Source: Azolla caroliniana
Taxonomy: Eukaryota > Plantae > Polypodiophyta
Direction: 5' to 3'
DNA length: 64,000 bases
Assembly (NCBI GenBank): GCA_043228905.1
Contig: JBHGNT010000009.1
Location: 17,980,001-18,044,000, forward strand
Shown: one piece after another, positions 30,179 to 43,815 of the stretch
Layout of the letters: every line of letters starts with the position of its first letter
Position numbering within the stretch: position 1 is the stretch's first letter
Made by a program: the position numbers and the translations under genes
Notes under the pieces: model-generated
What the model saw: the letters and a program-made list of their open reading frames with translations, nothing else
What the model was told of the DNA's origin: nothing
The model's database searches: none

Positions 30179-33100
30179 TATTATAGATCATAGTACTAAT
30201 GTAAGCTTAAGATAAGGATAATGAAAAGATAGATAGAAAGGAGAAAGAGAAAGAAGGGTGCCGATCCACCCGACCACCCCCGAGCGAAGGGATCGAGACG
30301 GACTCGAGCCTCGATCGGCGTCCCATACCACCGCCGTGGCGTTGAGTCGTACCTGGTGCTGGCGCGCTCGCTACAAGCGTTGACCCACCACACGAGCAGA
30401 GTCTCGATGTAGTCAAAAGATGATCAAATGAGGGTAGCTAGGCCTCTTATTTATAGCGATACCCAAGGCCCCCAGGCAAGTTCACACTTGACCTAATGGG
30501 TTGTCTCAATCCCGAGGATAAAAGTAATCCTCCCCTTCTTTACACTCTCATTTAACCCTCACACTTATCCACGTGTATAGATTACTACGGTAAATTCTTA
30601 CCACGGGATATTATATGGTCATGCTCGTAACATACTCCCCCTCTTTAAAACATTGCACTCTTGCAATGGAAAGTTAGGGAAGTTAGTTCTAAGAGTAGTT
30701 TCGCGTTCCCATGTGGCATCTTTTATTGATTTATCCAACCATTTTATTTTAAATTCTCGGATTTCTTTAGTACGTAATTTTTTTGTTTTAACATCGAGAA
30801 TTCTTTCTGGTAGATGTGGTTTAGTAGATAATTCTTCAGAAGTAACCAGAGTTTCAGTCGTAACTGTATTGTCGCCAGAACCTAGAAGTTCTTTTAGACG
30901 ACTCACATGAAAGACTGGATGAATTCCGACACCATCGGGAAGAGCGAGACGATAGGCTGATGACCCAATGCGTTTGAGGACTGTAAAAGGTCCACAAAAC
31001 CGTGGGGCTAACTTAGCGCACTTACCCGTAGACAATGTCTTGGAATTGTGAGGTACACGTAAAAATACCTTCTGTCCAGGGTTGAATACACGAGGTTGCC
31101 TATGATGATCGGCATAAAAACGCGCTCTATCTTGAGCTGTTTTTATATTATCTCGTGCAATATGCAACATATCTTGCATATCCCGAAGGAAGTTTTGCGT
31201 ACTTCGCAACTCATCATGATGTATAGTAACATCAATCGGGGCTCGTGGCTGAAAACCATACATCAACATAAAAGGACTATATCCCGTCGACGTATGCTTG
31301 GAGCTGTTATAAGCAAACTCCAAAATTGGGAGATAACGTTCCCATTTTGTTGGTTTTGCACCAACGTATGCTCGAAGCATGTCCTCAATAATTTGATTTA
31401 CTCGTTCTGTCTGTCCATCGGATTGAGGATGATCCGTGGAGCTCATGCTCAACGTAGTTTCTAACTTCTTAAAGACTTGTGTCCAGAAGTCACTAGTAAA
31501 CTTTGGATCTCGATCACTCACGATATCCATCGGTAACCCATAAAAACGAAACAATTCGTCAACGAATTGGTAAGCCAATTCAGGAGCTGTTACCGTGGTT
31601 TTAGTAGCAATAAATCTGGCCATTTTAGTTAGTCGATCAACGACAACCCAGATGGCATCATGACCTTTTTGGGTGCGAGGAAGGCTAACAATAAAATCCA
31701 TGGATATACTTTCCCACTTATTATTGGGAATGTCCAAGGGATGTAAAAGTCCTGCGGCTTTAAGTCGCTCGGCTTTGTTAACCTGACACTGGTGACATTT
31801 AGTCACATAGCTATGTATGTCAGGACGCATCTTAGGCCAATAAAATTGAGTGGAGATGAGAACGAGTGTACGATGTATTCCAGGGTGCCCTGCTGAGGGT
31901 GCATCATGGCATTCAAAAAGAATCCTCTTTTTGACCTCGGGTAAATCTGGAACACAAACCTTCCCATTACGGTAGAGCAAACCGTTAGCAATGTGGAAGT
32001 ATTCCTTCAAGGATGTGGTGGTGTCTGTTCCAGACTCAACTCTAGCCCAGTATTTTGCGAAATAACTGTCATCAGGATACTTTCCTCGAAGGTGATCATA
32101 AAGATCTGATGATATTTCAGTGAAGCTAAGCGTGTTAACTTCACGGATGCGACTTAGTGCATCAGCGACAATGTTCATGGAACCTTTACGATATCGTATG
32201 GAAAAATCAAAGTCCTGGATGAGATCAGCCCATCGTGCCTTACGACCTTTCAGGTCTTGTTGGTCACAAAAATATTTCAAGGACTCGTGGTCCGTAGTTA
32301 CCACAAAGTGATTTCCATAAAGATAATGGCGCCATGTTTTGAGCGCATGTATAACTGCAAATAATTCCTTTTCTTGAACGGTATACCGACATTGAGCAGA
32401 ATCAAGTTTCTTACTCTCGAATGCTATTGGTTTACCATCTTGATACAAGACAGCACCTATAGCATAATCGCTTGCATCGGTTTCAACCTCAAAAGGTTTT
32501 GAAGGATCGGGTAAAAGAAGTGAAGGAGCCTTGCAAACCAGGTCCTTGAGTTCCTTAAAGGCAAGGTCTATTGTAGCATTCCACACAATAGGTTTTGTAG
32601 ACTTACGCGTTTGACCTTTTAAAAGATCAGTAAACGGCGTCGTCAATTGGGAGTAATTACGAAGAGACTTTCGCAAAAACCCCACAAAACCAAGGAATGA
32701 TCGAACTTCTCGAATATTCCGAAGAGTGGGCCAAAGCTTGATTTTCTCAATGCGAGAAGGATCAATTTCAACTCCTCGTTCGGTTATGAGATGTCCTAGA
32801 TAAGTAATTGATTTCTTGAAGAACTCACATTTTGAGATCTTCGCATAAAACTGTTTGTCACGCAATGTTTGTAAAACAAAGCGGACATGTCTAGCATGTT
32901 CTTGTAATGTACGGCTATAAACTAAAATATCATCCAAGAAAATAACGACAAATTTTCCAAGTTGTTCTCGGACAATGTCATTCATTTCTTGTTGAAAAGT
33001 AGCCGGAGCATTGGTCAAACCAAAAGGCATAACCAAAAACTCGTAATGGCCATAGCGCGTACGAAATGCCGTTTTAGGAACATCGTCCTCACTTATTCGT

Positions 33101-36100
33101 ATTTGATGGTAGCCAGTACGGAGATCAAGTTTCGTAAAATACCGAGCTCCCTGGAGACGGTCAATTAGATCGTCAGCCCGGGGCAATGGATACGAATTCT
33201 TGATCGTCACTTTATTCAAGCGTCGGTAATTAATACACATACGCCATGTGCCCTCTTTCTTTTTAACCAAGAGAACTGGTGCACCCCATGGAGATTTACT
33301 ATAACGTATATAACCCATTCGTAAATAGTCCTTGAGTTGCTTAGATACCTCATCTTCTTCGGATCGACTTAAGCGATACGGAGGTATACTTATTGGTGCA
33401 ACACCAGGTACAATATCTATACGATGGTCTATATTACGTTTAGGAGGTAACCCATCAGGTAGTTCACTTGGAAAAACATCATGAAAATCATTTAAGATTT
33501 CATCAAGTTGTTGTTGTTCAAAATATGTTAATTGAATCGGGACATTATCGATATTGTAAACGTGAATGTCCGGATCAAGTACACAATAAAATAACGTAGA
33601 ACAAGACAACTCGGATATTGATGGACACGAGGAAACAATCGAGAGGGATTGTTTTTTTACACATTGAATAAAATGCGTACAATCGTTCAGTACAAAAGAA
33701 ATGGAATGACGAACCCAATCAATAAATAAAGAAGAGTTTTTATTATAAAACCAGGGATAACCCAGTATTACATCGGTGGTACAAAGATTCATTACATGGA
33801 AGTCTACTTCCTCTATATAAGTATCAATAGAAATTCCTAATGAATGAATCGCCCCATTGATGTATTGTACTCTTCCATCAGCCAAGTGCACCGTGTAGGT
33901 GTGATCACTTACGGTGGGTTGGATTCCCCATATCTGAACCAAACGATCATTCACAAAATTGTGTGAGCTTCCCGAATCAAATAAAAATTGTACGGGAGAT
34001 CCATTGATATACCCGTTTGCACGTAGTAAATCATTGGGACCCAATACATAGTGAGGGAAAGAACATTGACAATTACTTAAATGATGTGTATAGACCTGAA
34101 GGACATTAGGAATCTGACCTTTATGGCCTGCAGCTTTAGCTTTGTTGTCGTGCTCTTTCCGTTGGAGCTTTCGACATTGATCTTTTGTATGACCCTTCTT
34201 TTTGCAGAATACACGAAAAGGATGTTGTCGCTTACAATCGCGATCCAGGAATTCGTTGGGTGTCTTGCGTTTCCCAACAAATTGCAACTGCTTAGTCCCG
34301 GGCGCTTCGTTGGGTTTGTTATGGTCCTTCTTCGAAGTGCGTTGATAGCGAAGAACTATTTCAACGGCCTCTTCGAAGGATTTTGGATCCTTATCGTGCA
34401 CTATCCAGTGATAGTCCGAATTGGGGATGCCATTGACAAAACAAGCTATCAACCAATTGTCTCCTTCTAGACCCGATTTTTGGATTTGGGTTCTAGCATG
34501 GTGAACATAGTCTTCTAGCGAGGAAAATTTCCTGCTAGAGAGGTTCATTAAAGCTTGTGCTGCCTCGGTTCGAGAGGGAGGTTGCAGAAATTGGCCCTTA
34601 AAAACCGTGACAAAATCTGTCCAGGTATCGGGCAATTTCCCCATAGTACGGAGGCCACGCCACCAGGCGGCGGCCTTACCCCCGAGTTCTCGGCCGACAT
34701 ATGCAATCTTCGTACTATCTGGCGTGGGATAGAGCTCAAAATGAGACTCCCATCGTCCCAGCCATGTGCAGATTGCTTCTTCGGTTCTTTCCTTTTTGTC
34801 TCCCGTAAATGGCTTAACGACAAATGATGGTTCACCTTGTCGCTCATCAGGTCTATTAGTCTCACGTTGTAGACTAATGACACGTGCCTCAAGAGCACTC
34901 TGAGATTGCCGAAGTTCGGTCATCTGTTGAGCGGTGAAACTAAGGAATTGGGTTATTTGTGCCAAATACATCTCAGTGGACATTTGTCCAGGAGGATTCC
35001 CTTGAGTTCCTTCCGCTTGAGCGGATGACATCGGGTCGTTAATTTGAGCCATTAAAGATTATTTCTGGAAAAGAAATAGGATAAGGTCAGAGATATAGTC
35101 ATAACATCATGTCGTGATGTAAACATATCATGGGCGAGCATTAATCGATATCATTATCTCACGTCAATACCCCTCTAGACGTATGAGATGAGGTTCGAGA
35201 TCAGGTTACTATGGTAACACAAAGGTGTTTTAAAAACCATGGGGGTGACAAATAAATGTCTTTCCCTGATCTCTATATCGATTTTTTCATGGTGGCTCCC
35301 CGAGGCTCAACCATGTATGTTCGCGTCATGAATAGTTTATACACGAAAAAAAATGTTAATAATAAACTATGTTTCGGTGCCCACATATGTGGTTTCGGCT
35401 CTTTAAGTCCTATTACGAGGACCCCGAGGTGCACTTAGACCTTAAGTCTAAACATGTGTTATAGTCATATGTATCAAGGATGTTGTATGGTCTTGGTCAT
35501 ATTTGAACTCGAGACCTCGAGAACAAATACATTAAACACTTGAGCCAACCAAGTAAGTTGGTCTTCTCGAATGTTTAATGTTTGATGCGTATAAGAGATA
35601 TGCGAGGCAATTGATCATATATGTTTTTTTAAAAGAACATATATGTCAAGGGTCCTTATTTCGCCCTCATTTACCAAAACTATGTTGGTACGTTACCTAA
35701 CCTCAAGTCTCGTAATTACGATGGCATACGCCAAAGTGCAACCTAATGGTGAAGCCAAATGAGCCCTTGTTTCGTAGTAGGCTCACGTGGGCCATCACAT
35801 GGTCACGTCATTACGAATGCCTCTCGTAAGAACGAGCTCATGGTGGCATCGTATCCATGTAACGAGGGAGGGATGTTGGATACGCGCGTCATTGGAGCGA
35901 CCTCACTTGAAGTGGGTCAAGCCCTACGTACTCAACATCATTTTGGCTATTGGCGTTTCTTTACGTAACGAAATCGAGGTCGTCAACGGGGTTATCAACA
36001 ATAAAAAAATGTTGAAAAAGGGATGGTGACAACGCCATTCTCACAAAAATGTGAGGACGGCCACCAACATCCTTTTCCCGATCATGACAACTTTCGATAT

Positions 36101-37195
36101 AATCACGTAATAACGAATATACACATATGTTTACTTATCACATATATACGATCAAATACGTATATATGTGACCACATATGCCTATATTCAACATATCGTT
36201 ATAGAAAATAGCCACAAATGATGTGATCGAGATACGTAATCGAGGTATATACCTCTTCGCACACGAAACATCCACAAATAAGAGATCATCGTAATACGCA
36301 ATGGAGGTATTGACCTCTTACGCATACGAGACCAAACGCATATCGTTTACAACAAATCAAGGTATTAAACTCATACGCAAACGTAACATATGTTCGTGAA
36401 CGTAATACGTAATTGAGGTGTTAACCTCGTACGCATACGACACTCATCACATATTATTAATATGTCAAACGAGGTATTGACCTCGTGCACATATGTAAAC
36501 GTTTTAGATAATCAATTAAAGACCACTACAACATCATTGACTTAATGAAAAAAAATTACATATAAACTAAACACATGATTTGATGGGAGAAGAGAGAATA
36601 GAAAGAAAATTATGGAAAGAGTTACCGAAGTTCTTTGTTGATCGTTGTCTGGATCAAGGCCAACCGCACAACGATCGATCAGCATCAATCAAAAGACAAA
36701 TGAAAAACAAAGAAACATTAGTACAAAAATCTGATACCAAATATTATAGATCTAGATACTAATGTAAGCTTAAGATAAGGATAATGAAAAGATAGATAGA
36801 AAGGAGAAAGAGAAAGAAGGGTGCCGATCCACCCGACCACCCCCGAGCGAAGGGATCGAGACGGACTCGAGCCTCGATCGGCGTCCCATACCACCGCCGT
36901 GGCGTCGAGTCGTACCTGGTGCTGGCGCGCTCGCTACAAGAGTTGACCCACCACACGAGCAGAGTCTCGATGTAGTCAAAAGATGATCAAATGAGGGTAG
37001 CTAGGCCTCTTATTTATAGCGATACCCAAGGCCCCCAGGCAAGTTCACACTTGACCTAATGGGTTGTCTCAATCCCGAGGATAAAAGTAATCCTCCCCTT
37101 CTTTACACTCTCATTTAACCCTCACACTTATCCACGTGTATAGATTACTACGGTAAATTCTTACCACGGGATATTATATGGTCATGCTCGTAACA
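30179..37195 (-). mobile_element. Full-length Ty3/gypsy chromovirus with 454-bp LTRs (5' 36742-37195; 3' 30179-30632)
   Basis: TSD CATAC, PBS TGGTATCAG (tRNA-iMet) at 36731-36739, PPT AAAGAGGGGGAG, a few LTR differences, ends TG..TA. Confidence 0.95.
30619..35052 (-). CDS. Gag-Pol polyprotein with a C-terminal chromodomain, 1477 aa
   Basis: [26 protein letters not shown], integrase, GPF, PERILD..IKW..ATWE; stop codon lies inside the 3' LTR. Confidence 0.95.
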   Translation of the reverse strand: MAQINDPMSSAQAEGTQGNPPGQMSTEMYLAQITQFLSFTAQQMTELRQSQSALEARVISLQRETNRPDERQGEPSFVVKPFTGDKKERTEEAICTWLGRWESHFELYPTPDSTKIAYVGRELGGKAAAWWRGLRTMGKLPDTWTDFVTVFKGQFLQPPSRTEAAQALMNLSSRKFSSLEDYVHHARTQIQKSGLEGDNWLIACFVNGIPNSDYHWIVHDKDPKSFEEAVEIVLRYQRTSKKDHNKPNEAPGTKQLQFVGKRKTPNEFLDRDCKRQHPFRVFCKKKGHTKDQCRKLQRKEHDNKAKAAGHKGQIPNVLQVYTHHLSNCQCSFPHYVLGPNDLLRANGYINGSPVQFLFDSGSSHNFVNDRLVQIWGIQPTVSDHTYTVHLADGRVQYINGAIHSLGISIDTYIEEVDFHVMNLCTTDVILGYPWFYNKNSSLFIDWVRHSISFVLNDCTHFIQCVKKQSLSIVSSCPSISELSCSTLFYCVLDPDIHVYNIDNVPIQLTYFEQQQLDEILNDFHDVFPSELPDGLPPKRNIDHRIDIVPGVAPISIPPYRLSRSEEDEVSKQLKDYLRMGYIRYSKSPWGAPVLLVKKKEGTWRMCINYRRLNKVTIKNSYPLPRADDLIDRLQGARYFTKLDLRTGYHQIRISEDDVPKTAFRTRYGHYEFLVMPFGLTNAPATFQQEMNDIVREQLGKFVVIFLDDILVYSRTLQEHARHVRFVLQTLRDKQFYAKISKCEFFKKSITYLGHLITERGVEIDPSRIEKIKLWPTLRNIREVRSFLGFVGFLRKSLRNYSQLTTPFTDLLKGQTRKSTKPIVWNATIDLAFKELKDLVCKAPSLLLPDPSKPFEVETDASDYAIGAVLYQDGKPIAFESKKLDSAQCRYTVQEKELFAVIHALKTWRHYLYGNHFVVTTDHESLKYFCDQQDLKGRKARWADLIQDFDFSIRYRKGSMNIVADALSRIREVNTLSFTEISSDLYDHLRGKYPDDSYFAKYWARVESGTDTTTSLKEYFHIANGLLYRNGKVCVPDLPEVKKRILFECHDAPSAGHPGIHRTLVLISTQFYWPKMRPDIHSYVTKCHQCQVNKAERLKAAGLLHPLDIPNNKWESISMDFIVSLPRTQKGHDAIWVVVDRLTKMARFIATKTTVTAPELAYQFVDELFRFYGLPMDIVSDRDPKFTSDFWTQVFKKLETTLSMSSTDHPQSDGQTERVNQIIEDMLRAYVGAKPTKWERYLPILEFAYNSSKHTSTGYSPFMLMYGFQPRAPIDVTIHHDELRSTQNFLRDMQDMLHIARDNIKTAQDRARFYADHHRQPRVFNPGQKVFLRVPHNSKTLSTGKCAKLAPRFCGPFTVLKRIGSSAYRLALPDGVGIHPVFHVSRLKELLGSGDNTVTTETLVTSEELSTKPHLPERILDVKTKKLRTKEIREFKIKWLDKSIKDATWERETTLRTNFPNFPLQECNVLKRGSMLRA

Positions 37196-37570
37196 CATAC
37201 AATCATACATACATTACATATTACATATATACACATATGTACATTCATGCATGTACATACATACATTGCATATGCATATATTACAATCACACATTCATAT
37301 ACATTGAATCATGTACATTGACATATACATATATGCATACACATATGTACATTCGTACATGGACATACCTATATTCATTTATACATTGCTACATATACAT
37401 AAATATTATGCACATATTACAATCACACATCCTTACACATCGAATCGTGTACATTGTCATAAGGATAAATGCATACATACATACATACATACATTCATGC
37501 ATGCATGCATGATATATATATACATACATTACATATGGGTATATGCATACACTTATTATTAAATGAGTTT

Positions 37571-37640
37571 GAGGGTCACAACCATGGAGAATGGTGTGCT
37601 CAAAATCAATGTCCCTGAGTTTACACCACTTGATGCAGAA
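37571..37640 (+). pseudogene. sHSP C-terminal fragment
   Basis: TTMENGVLKINVPE; CCATGGAGAATGGTGTGCTCA is identical to the second sHSP. Confidence 0.7.
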
Positions 37641-39550
37641 ATTGTCGTATTCCATCCAAGCCCAATAACTTTTGTTTGTCGTGGTTGGGGGGCAGTTTTT
37701 GGGGGCCTTTTTCCACCCTTCTTTGTGAGACGAAGGATTATGCCAAGAATTTGAATGAGGGGAATCAAAGAGATTGTGGAATTGGAAGGGATATTCTTCG
37801 GGGAGGATTGTCGCCTCGTTACGACCGTTCTAATAATAGTAGTGTTTATCTTCATGTTTTTAGGTCAAATTATGATGAATAGGGTCATAGTGAAATAAAT
37901 TTCATGTAAGTATGTTTGGATTTGATGAGCAATTCAACATAGATGACATGGTGGGTTAGGCTTGGTTGAAACAACCCGATATATTGGGAATGCATGACAA
38001 GGACAATCGATTAGGGTTTGGGGGGGGGGGGGGGGGGGTCCCATGGCATCCGATGGGTGTTATACCAATTATGGACACTCTCGATTTATGGGAGGGGCCA
38101 TATTTTTACTCCTCCTTGGGTTTTGGGTTTTGGGGGGGGTGGTGTCCCCTGGACACCTGATGGGTGTTATACCAGTTATGGCCACTCCCGATTTATGGGA
38201 GAGGCCATATTTTGGCCTTATTCTTACTCCTCCTTTCTTTCTCCCTTCTTTCTTGCTCCAGTTTTCTGAAGGCGGAGAGGACGTAGAGGAGTAAGAGGCA
38301 AGAAGCCACATCTTGCTCAATGCAAGCCATGGCCTTTTTCATAACTAAGAGCACTTTGTTCTTAGCCATGATTTTTGTATGTGTAGCACAAGTGGCCCCC
38401 TAGTCCCTATTTATAGGGTTCGTGGCCATATGCCATCATATGTGGGACATATGGGATAGATGCCATTTGTATGTGGGACATATGGGATGGGCATATGTCT
38501 GCCCATTTCCACATGTATCGTGACATTTAGGCCCAAAGTTTGTGTGTCCATTACATATATGATTGTGGGCTTCTCCTTCCTTCTTCATGCCGTTGTATGT
38601 GGGACAAATGAAATGCGATGGGATGGCTGCCCATAATTTATTGATGGAAATGGAAACCTTTCTTTCTGTGTGTTTTCCTTTCTTTTCTCATTTGGGCAGA
38701 GACAGACAGACAGAACACAAACAGAACACAAACAGAGCAGAAGAGAAGGTTGGGCATTTGCTTCTGGCAGGCGCGTCCTAATTAATTTAATAAACCTAAT
38801 TAATTAGGGTTCCTATATAATTAGGGTTTCTGAGACACCCAACACCATTCCCTTCTCTGAAAACTTTGAGACTCCATTGCGCTTTCCTTCTCCTGCTACA
38901 AAGAATTAAAGCAAAACTATCAAGCAAAACCTCCTCTAGGGCTTCTCCTTCCTTCCAGTGTTTGGTTTCTCTCTCAGAATAACTCTTATATATCACTTCT
39001 CTTCTTCTTCTTCTTTTTCATCTATGTAGTCTCTGCTCTTCTTCACTGAAAACCATTTTACAGTTTCTCCCTCAGAAATCTCGATTCTATTCTCTCCTAT
39101 TATTTGCGTCTTGAAAGTAGTCACCAGAAACAAACAAAACTTACCTCCTCCATGGCATGGCGGCTGTGTTTTCTTCCTCGTCGCCACCACAACCACTACC
39201 ACTATCATCATCATCATCATCTGCTTCTTTTTCTTTTGTACCATATTCTTCTCCAATGTCAAATCCTAATTCTTTCGAAGAAACTCTATGCGAGTGTTTG
39301 AAGAGCTGGGAAAAGCCATCATAATTCAGATATGAGAGTGTTATCTCCTGATTTTCCATCAGAATCACGGAAATGGTCTATACCTCTAAAACTCAACTAA
39401 CTGTCTAAATGGTGTATAAAGTCTTATCCATGCATTTTGTAACCATTATGATCTGTGCTTTATATTATGCAGTTATATCCACTCATTTTGTTACCATTCC
39501 GATCCGTGCTTTATATTCTGAAGTTGTATTATGCTTTCTTTTATGCTTAG

Positions 39551-40301
39551 AACAGTAATGGCAGCCAAAATATAACTGGAGATCAATTGAATTGATCTGT
39601 ATTAAGTCCTTCCTTGAGCAGTATCCGATCGGGTCAATTGAAGACCCAATTTGATCAAAGATGATTGGGAGCACTACAGCAAGTTCACTGCACAAGTTGG
39701 TGAAAAAAAGTCCAGATTGTTGGAGATTGATCGTTTGGTCACAAACCCAACGGTAAAAGTGTGAGAAACCCAAGAGACAAGCTCTTAATTGTTTCAATAT
39801 ATTCTAATGTTCACACACGTTAAATACATAGACACCTTATTAGTTTCTAAAAGACACTTTATAAACCTTCCATCCGTGTTGTAACAAGTTCTATTTTTCA
39901 CATTTCCCTTATTATATTACTTCTTTCAAAGTTTACTTATATTCTGTGTGTGTGTGTGTGTGTTTTGTGGGCAGAGAGTACTTAAGGCAATCAAGGAATC
40001 ATCATGCGATGGACTTCTTTTGAAGGTAATGGTGGCTCAAGTTTATGACAGTTTTCTTGAACATTATATATAGTTAGATTTGCAAAGAATTTGGTGGATT
40101 TTGGCTCAATGTTTGGCAATTTTTTGCTAGATACGCAAGAATTTAGTGGGATTTCAATTCCTATTTATAACTGAAAATAGGTTCAGTATCTGAGAGTATA
40201 GAGGGGGTAAAGATGTTGAAGCAGGCTGGTTGGGGAACTGTGATGACTTGTCACAGAAATGGATACTTTTATTGCTGCTGATTTGGCTCTGGGTGTGCAT
40301 G
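39551..40301 (+). pseudogene. Cytosolic enolase fragment with introns retained
   Basis: NSNGSQNITGD..YPIGSIEDP.DQ.DWEHYSK..QIVGD..LVTNP (39551-39752), RVLKAIKESSCDGLLLK (39975-40025), [30 protein letters not shown]; frameshifts. Confidence 0.88.
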
Positions 40302-41550
40302 GTAAACTCAGCTTTCTAAGTGTTCGAAATGTGCATATATTACTAACTTCCCACGCATATTCTACACTTTTGGGTTTGTGGGCAAAAGTAGGGAACCAAA
40401 CTTTAGGGTAATAGAATCACACAATATATGAGAGGTTTTGGTGTTGATTCTCTTCACGAGCTTGGATTGGATCGTGGCAACAGCGAAGCTTCATGAATTC
40501 TTTCTCAATCTGCTGTTAACCTGTCCTTTCTATCTCCCTCCAAGGAGCAGAGGGCAAGGCTTCCCGAATAGATATACTGAGCGTATACTATAAACATATC
40601 CAATAGAAGTATCCCACACTACCATCAGTCAAAGGAAAAGGAAGCATGGATTGATTGGCATTGATTGGCACATGGTATGCAAAAGGAAATCACATATCAC
40701 TCACTTCTTCCATCGGCTTGTGTCTCCATTGGCATTGTGGGAGTCAATAATAAGCAAGTCAAAAGGAAAACTGCTAACAAAGATTGGGAGTGCACATAGG
40801 CCATCCCAACACCAGATCATGGAGATCATCATTCACACTCAATGATCTGCACAAGGGCACCCAAAATGCAAACAGTTTACTTCCTCACTGCCTCACTCCA
40901 CCACACCAACAAACAATAGATTCCACATCCACTTACCACCCATTCAACCCATATGGAATAGTCCTGCAGTTTATGCTTGTAAAAAACCATGTCAAATATT
41001 TCACATTGTAAAGTGTAAAGCCATCTCATACATTAACAGCTTTTATTTTAGAAAAATGTCGATAAACTGAACACCATCGCTCGATTCCAGCACATGAGCA
41101 ACTCATCTTTGGTTTCAGATGTCATTCAGCTTAGTGAGGGATAACCAGTAAGTTCTTCTTGCATACAGCTTGAGAAGAAGACAAATTCTCAGCCTCCGAA
41201 GAATTGAAGTGCAATTTTCGGTAGAACACATCCCAGCTTTACAGCACTCTGTTTTTTTAATCTGGTAAAAATTCCATAAGATTTTTGGTTTCCAAACGTT
41301 CAAAAGATTCCTTTAAGAATGGATGGAAATGACTTTTGACAGTGTCAACTAAAACAGAAAAATAAATGTAAAAGTAATGATCCACATCCTCTTCCTTGAT
41401 ATTCTTAAGGAGGCTCACCAGAGCATGAAGTGCAGCATCTTCATCCGCAGGCGACAACAACATCTTCGTGGTTGCAACATTACTATTGTTCTTATGTAAA
41501 CAAATACTTCATTCTATGAACCTGTTTTTTTCAAAATTTGGAGGCTTTTT

Positions 41551-41820
41551 ACCATTCATTAGGCCAACATACTGCTCTTTGAGAAGGATCGATTCATTCT
41601 TGTGAATCAAATTAGTCCCATCATAAGCTCTTTCAGAAAAAACACAAATCAGCCCCCTTTTTCTCGACATGTAGAATATTGAATTGTGCCGAATAACCAT
41701 GGCCAAAAGGTTTTGAGGTAATCTAGATACTCTTTCCTGAAGTGAAGGAGGTAGTCAAACAATATCTTATTCTCTAAAGATCTCATGCACCACAGCCACC
41801 TGACACTTCTCAAACTCCAT
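41551..41820 (-). pseudogene. PORR (DUF860) domain C-terminal fragment
   Basis: EFEKCQVAVVHE / LENKILFDYLLHFRKEY / RLPQNLLAMVIRHNSIFYMS..AYDGTNLI..LLKEQYVGLM across frameshifts. Confidence 0.72.
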
Positions 41821-42500
41821 GCGGATAAGAATATACTAGCCTGGAATGAAAATCGACAGGAAAACCTAGTAAACATACTCGGAAACATGAGTTTTTGCAA
41901 TTGATTTAACTAATTTAATTTGTGGAAATAAAGTCTATGTATTATATATAAAAAAGTCTTCGATATTGTTCAACATCGGCAACATGATTCTCGCAATTTG
42001 TTCTCAAGATGAAATAATAACAATAGTAATGTTTGATAACGAACCTTTGTCAAATTTTATGATATCCAACTACACTCAACAGTATCATAGTAAACTTTGT
42101 AAATTTTGGACCCTCTCTACGATTTCGATTATAAGTTATTGATTGTGACAGTTCTTCTTGAACATTTTATGCCATAGGATGTCAGTTGCAAACAATCAAA
42201 AGGTAATGAAGAGTTTACCAATATGTGACATGTTGAAAGGCTAAAAAAGGATTTAAGAGTGTTCTAGTCAATGGGTACATTTAGTCAGTGAAAGGCCCAA
42301 TTTGTTTTTTTCTCTTCTCTTTCACAAAAAACATAGCCCTAATAGCCATCACAAAGACCGTCCCTCTTTCTATAATCCACGTTGTGGTTCGGTTCGTTCT
42401 CTCGGCTAGCTTGTTAAGCTCTAGAGTCTATTCCCTTTGACCGGCAGTACTCTTCGAACCGCCCTTGATATCCACCTCCATTATCCGCCCTTGATAACTG

Positions 42501-43714
42501 AAACATGATTCTTTCGGGGAACCTTAGTGTTTTCTTGGCTACTTCATCTAGATAGTTCATAGTACATACTATGGATAACTTGTCAAATAAGATGGGACAA
42601 AAATTGGGGGATTTGGTACCGTGTGACACCTTTTCAAACTTTCCTAGCCAAAATTGAACTAGCTCCAAACTAACCAACACCCTACATTCCAACAAGCCAG
42701 CAGTAATAGTAGTCAAAATTGCATTTTGGTTACACCAAAATGGTCATGACTCGTTGCTTTGTGACCCTTAGAGGGAATGATTGTTATTTTTCCATGAAGA
42801 TGATATTGGTATTTCCATGCATGATCTTGGGTGCATGGGAGTGAACTTCACGATTCATCAATTTCCATCACGATCTTCTTCATGTGATCGACACATTCTT
42901 CCTTTGATGTCATGGTAATAATAATGTAAAAGTCCTCTATAACATTATATTTTCCTATATATTAAATCTAAACTATATGTATGTCCTTGTGTGAAGAAGA
43001 ACTTATTATGGTAAGAATATAAATAGGATGTGTGACATGAACCATATAAATATGGCCTTGTTGGTTGAATTAAGAAATTATGATTGGTTAAGATCATACA
43101 ACAATGCCCATTTAAGAAGACGATTCTTCTCAATCATAGACTTATAGTATTAATATTCATTTTTTGCCATTGCCAATAAGTAAAGATAAAGGTCAATGAT
43201 AAGCAATATCATGGAGAAAAATAAAGTCAACGAGAAGTACATCATAATACCACATACTTCAATGAGGATATTAGGTAGTATTGAGTCTTGACCACAAGTA
43301 TTTCATTTGGTGAAATTTGGACTCACTCTTGAGCCTTTCAAGCAATTTTCTCTCAAACCATAAGAGATAGGCTTTGATTGTCGGACTTTACAATTTGTTT
43401 TTTTTGGAGAAAACATCATTAGCCAAATCCAAATCCAAATCTCATCAATCAAAATCCTTTCAATGAGAATTCTCTACTGTCGGGTCATACTACATGCGTT
43501 TAGATGGCACCTACTCAAATACTTTTACCACCCCTCGATATATCTAGAAGTTTATTGATGCAGTGACATAACCCCGATATTTAGCCTAAATCATAAACGA
43601 TAAACCCATAACCTATAGATTTAATTGAATCAAGCCTGTATACGAACATCTATTACATTTAATCTTGTCAGTCTATGTGTATGATGTATGAAACGTGTGT
43701 GTCTCTTACCGCCA
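42501..43714 (+). repeat. Direct duplication copy 1 (~1.2 kb); copy 2 is 44340-46096 with a solo LTR inside
   Basis: Colinear from AAACATGATT to CTCTTACCGCCA with scattered substitutions. Confidence 0.92.
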
Positions 43715-43718
43715 TGGT

Positions 43719-43762
43719 GATTTGTGTGTGTCATCCTTGCGTAGGGGCCATGCTAATCTTCT
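43719..43762 (-). pseudogene. U6: Internal U6 snRNA fragment (44 nt)
   Basis: AGAAGATTAGCATGGCCCCTACGCAAGGATGACACACACAAATC. Confidence 0.9.
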
Positions 43763-43815
43763 TTGAGAGAGAGCCGGGAGGGGGTTAGGGAGCTTGTATA
43801 CTACATAGTGGATTG

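Noticed and set aside
36231-36495. CRISPR array interpretation of the spaced palindromic repeats
   Set aside because: Repeats are degenerate, the context is a eukaryotic retrotransposon leader and no cas genes are present.
38200-38420. Minus-strand TATA box plus a short ORF with EQDVASCLLLL
   Set aside because: Too short and has no zinc finger or other domain to support a gene call.
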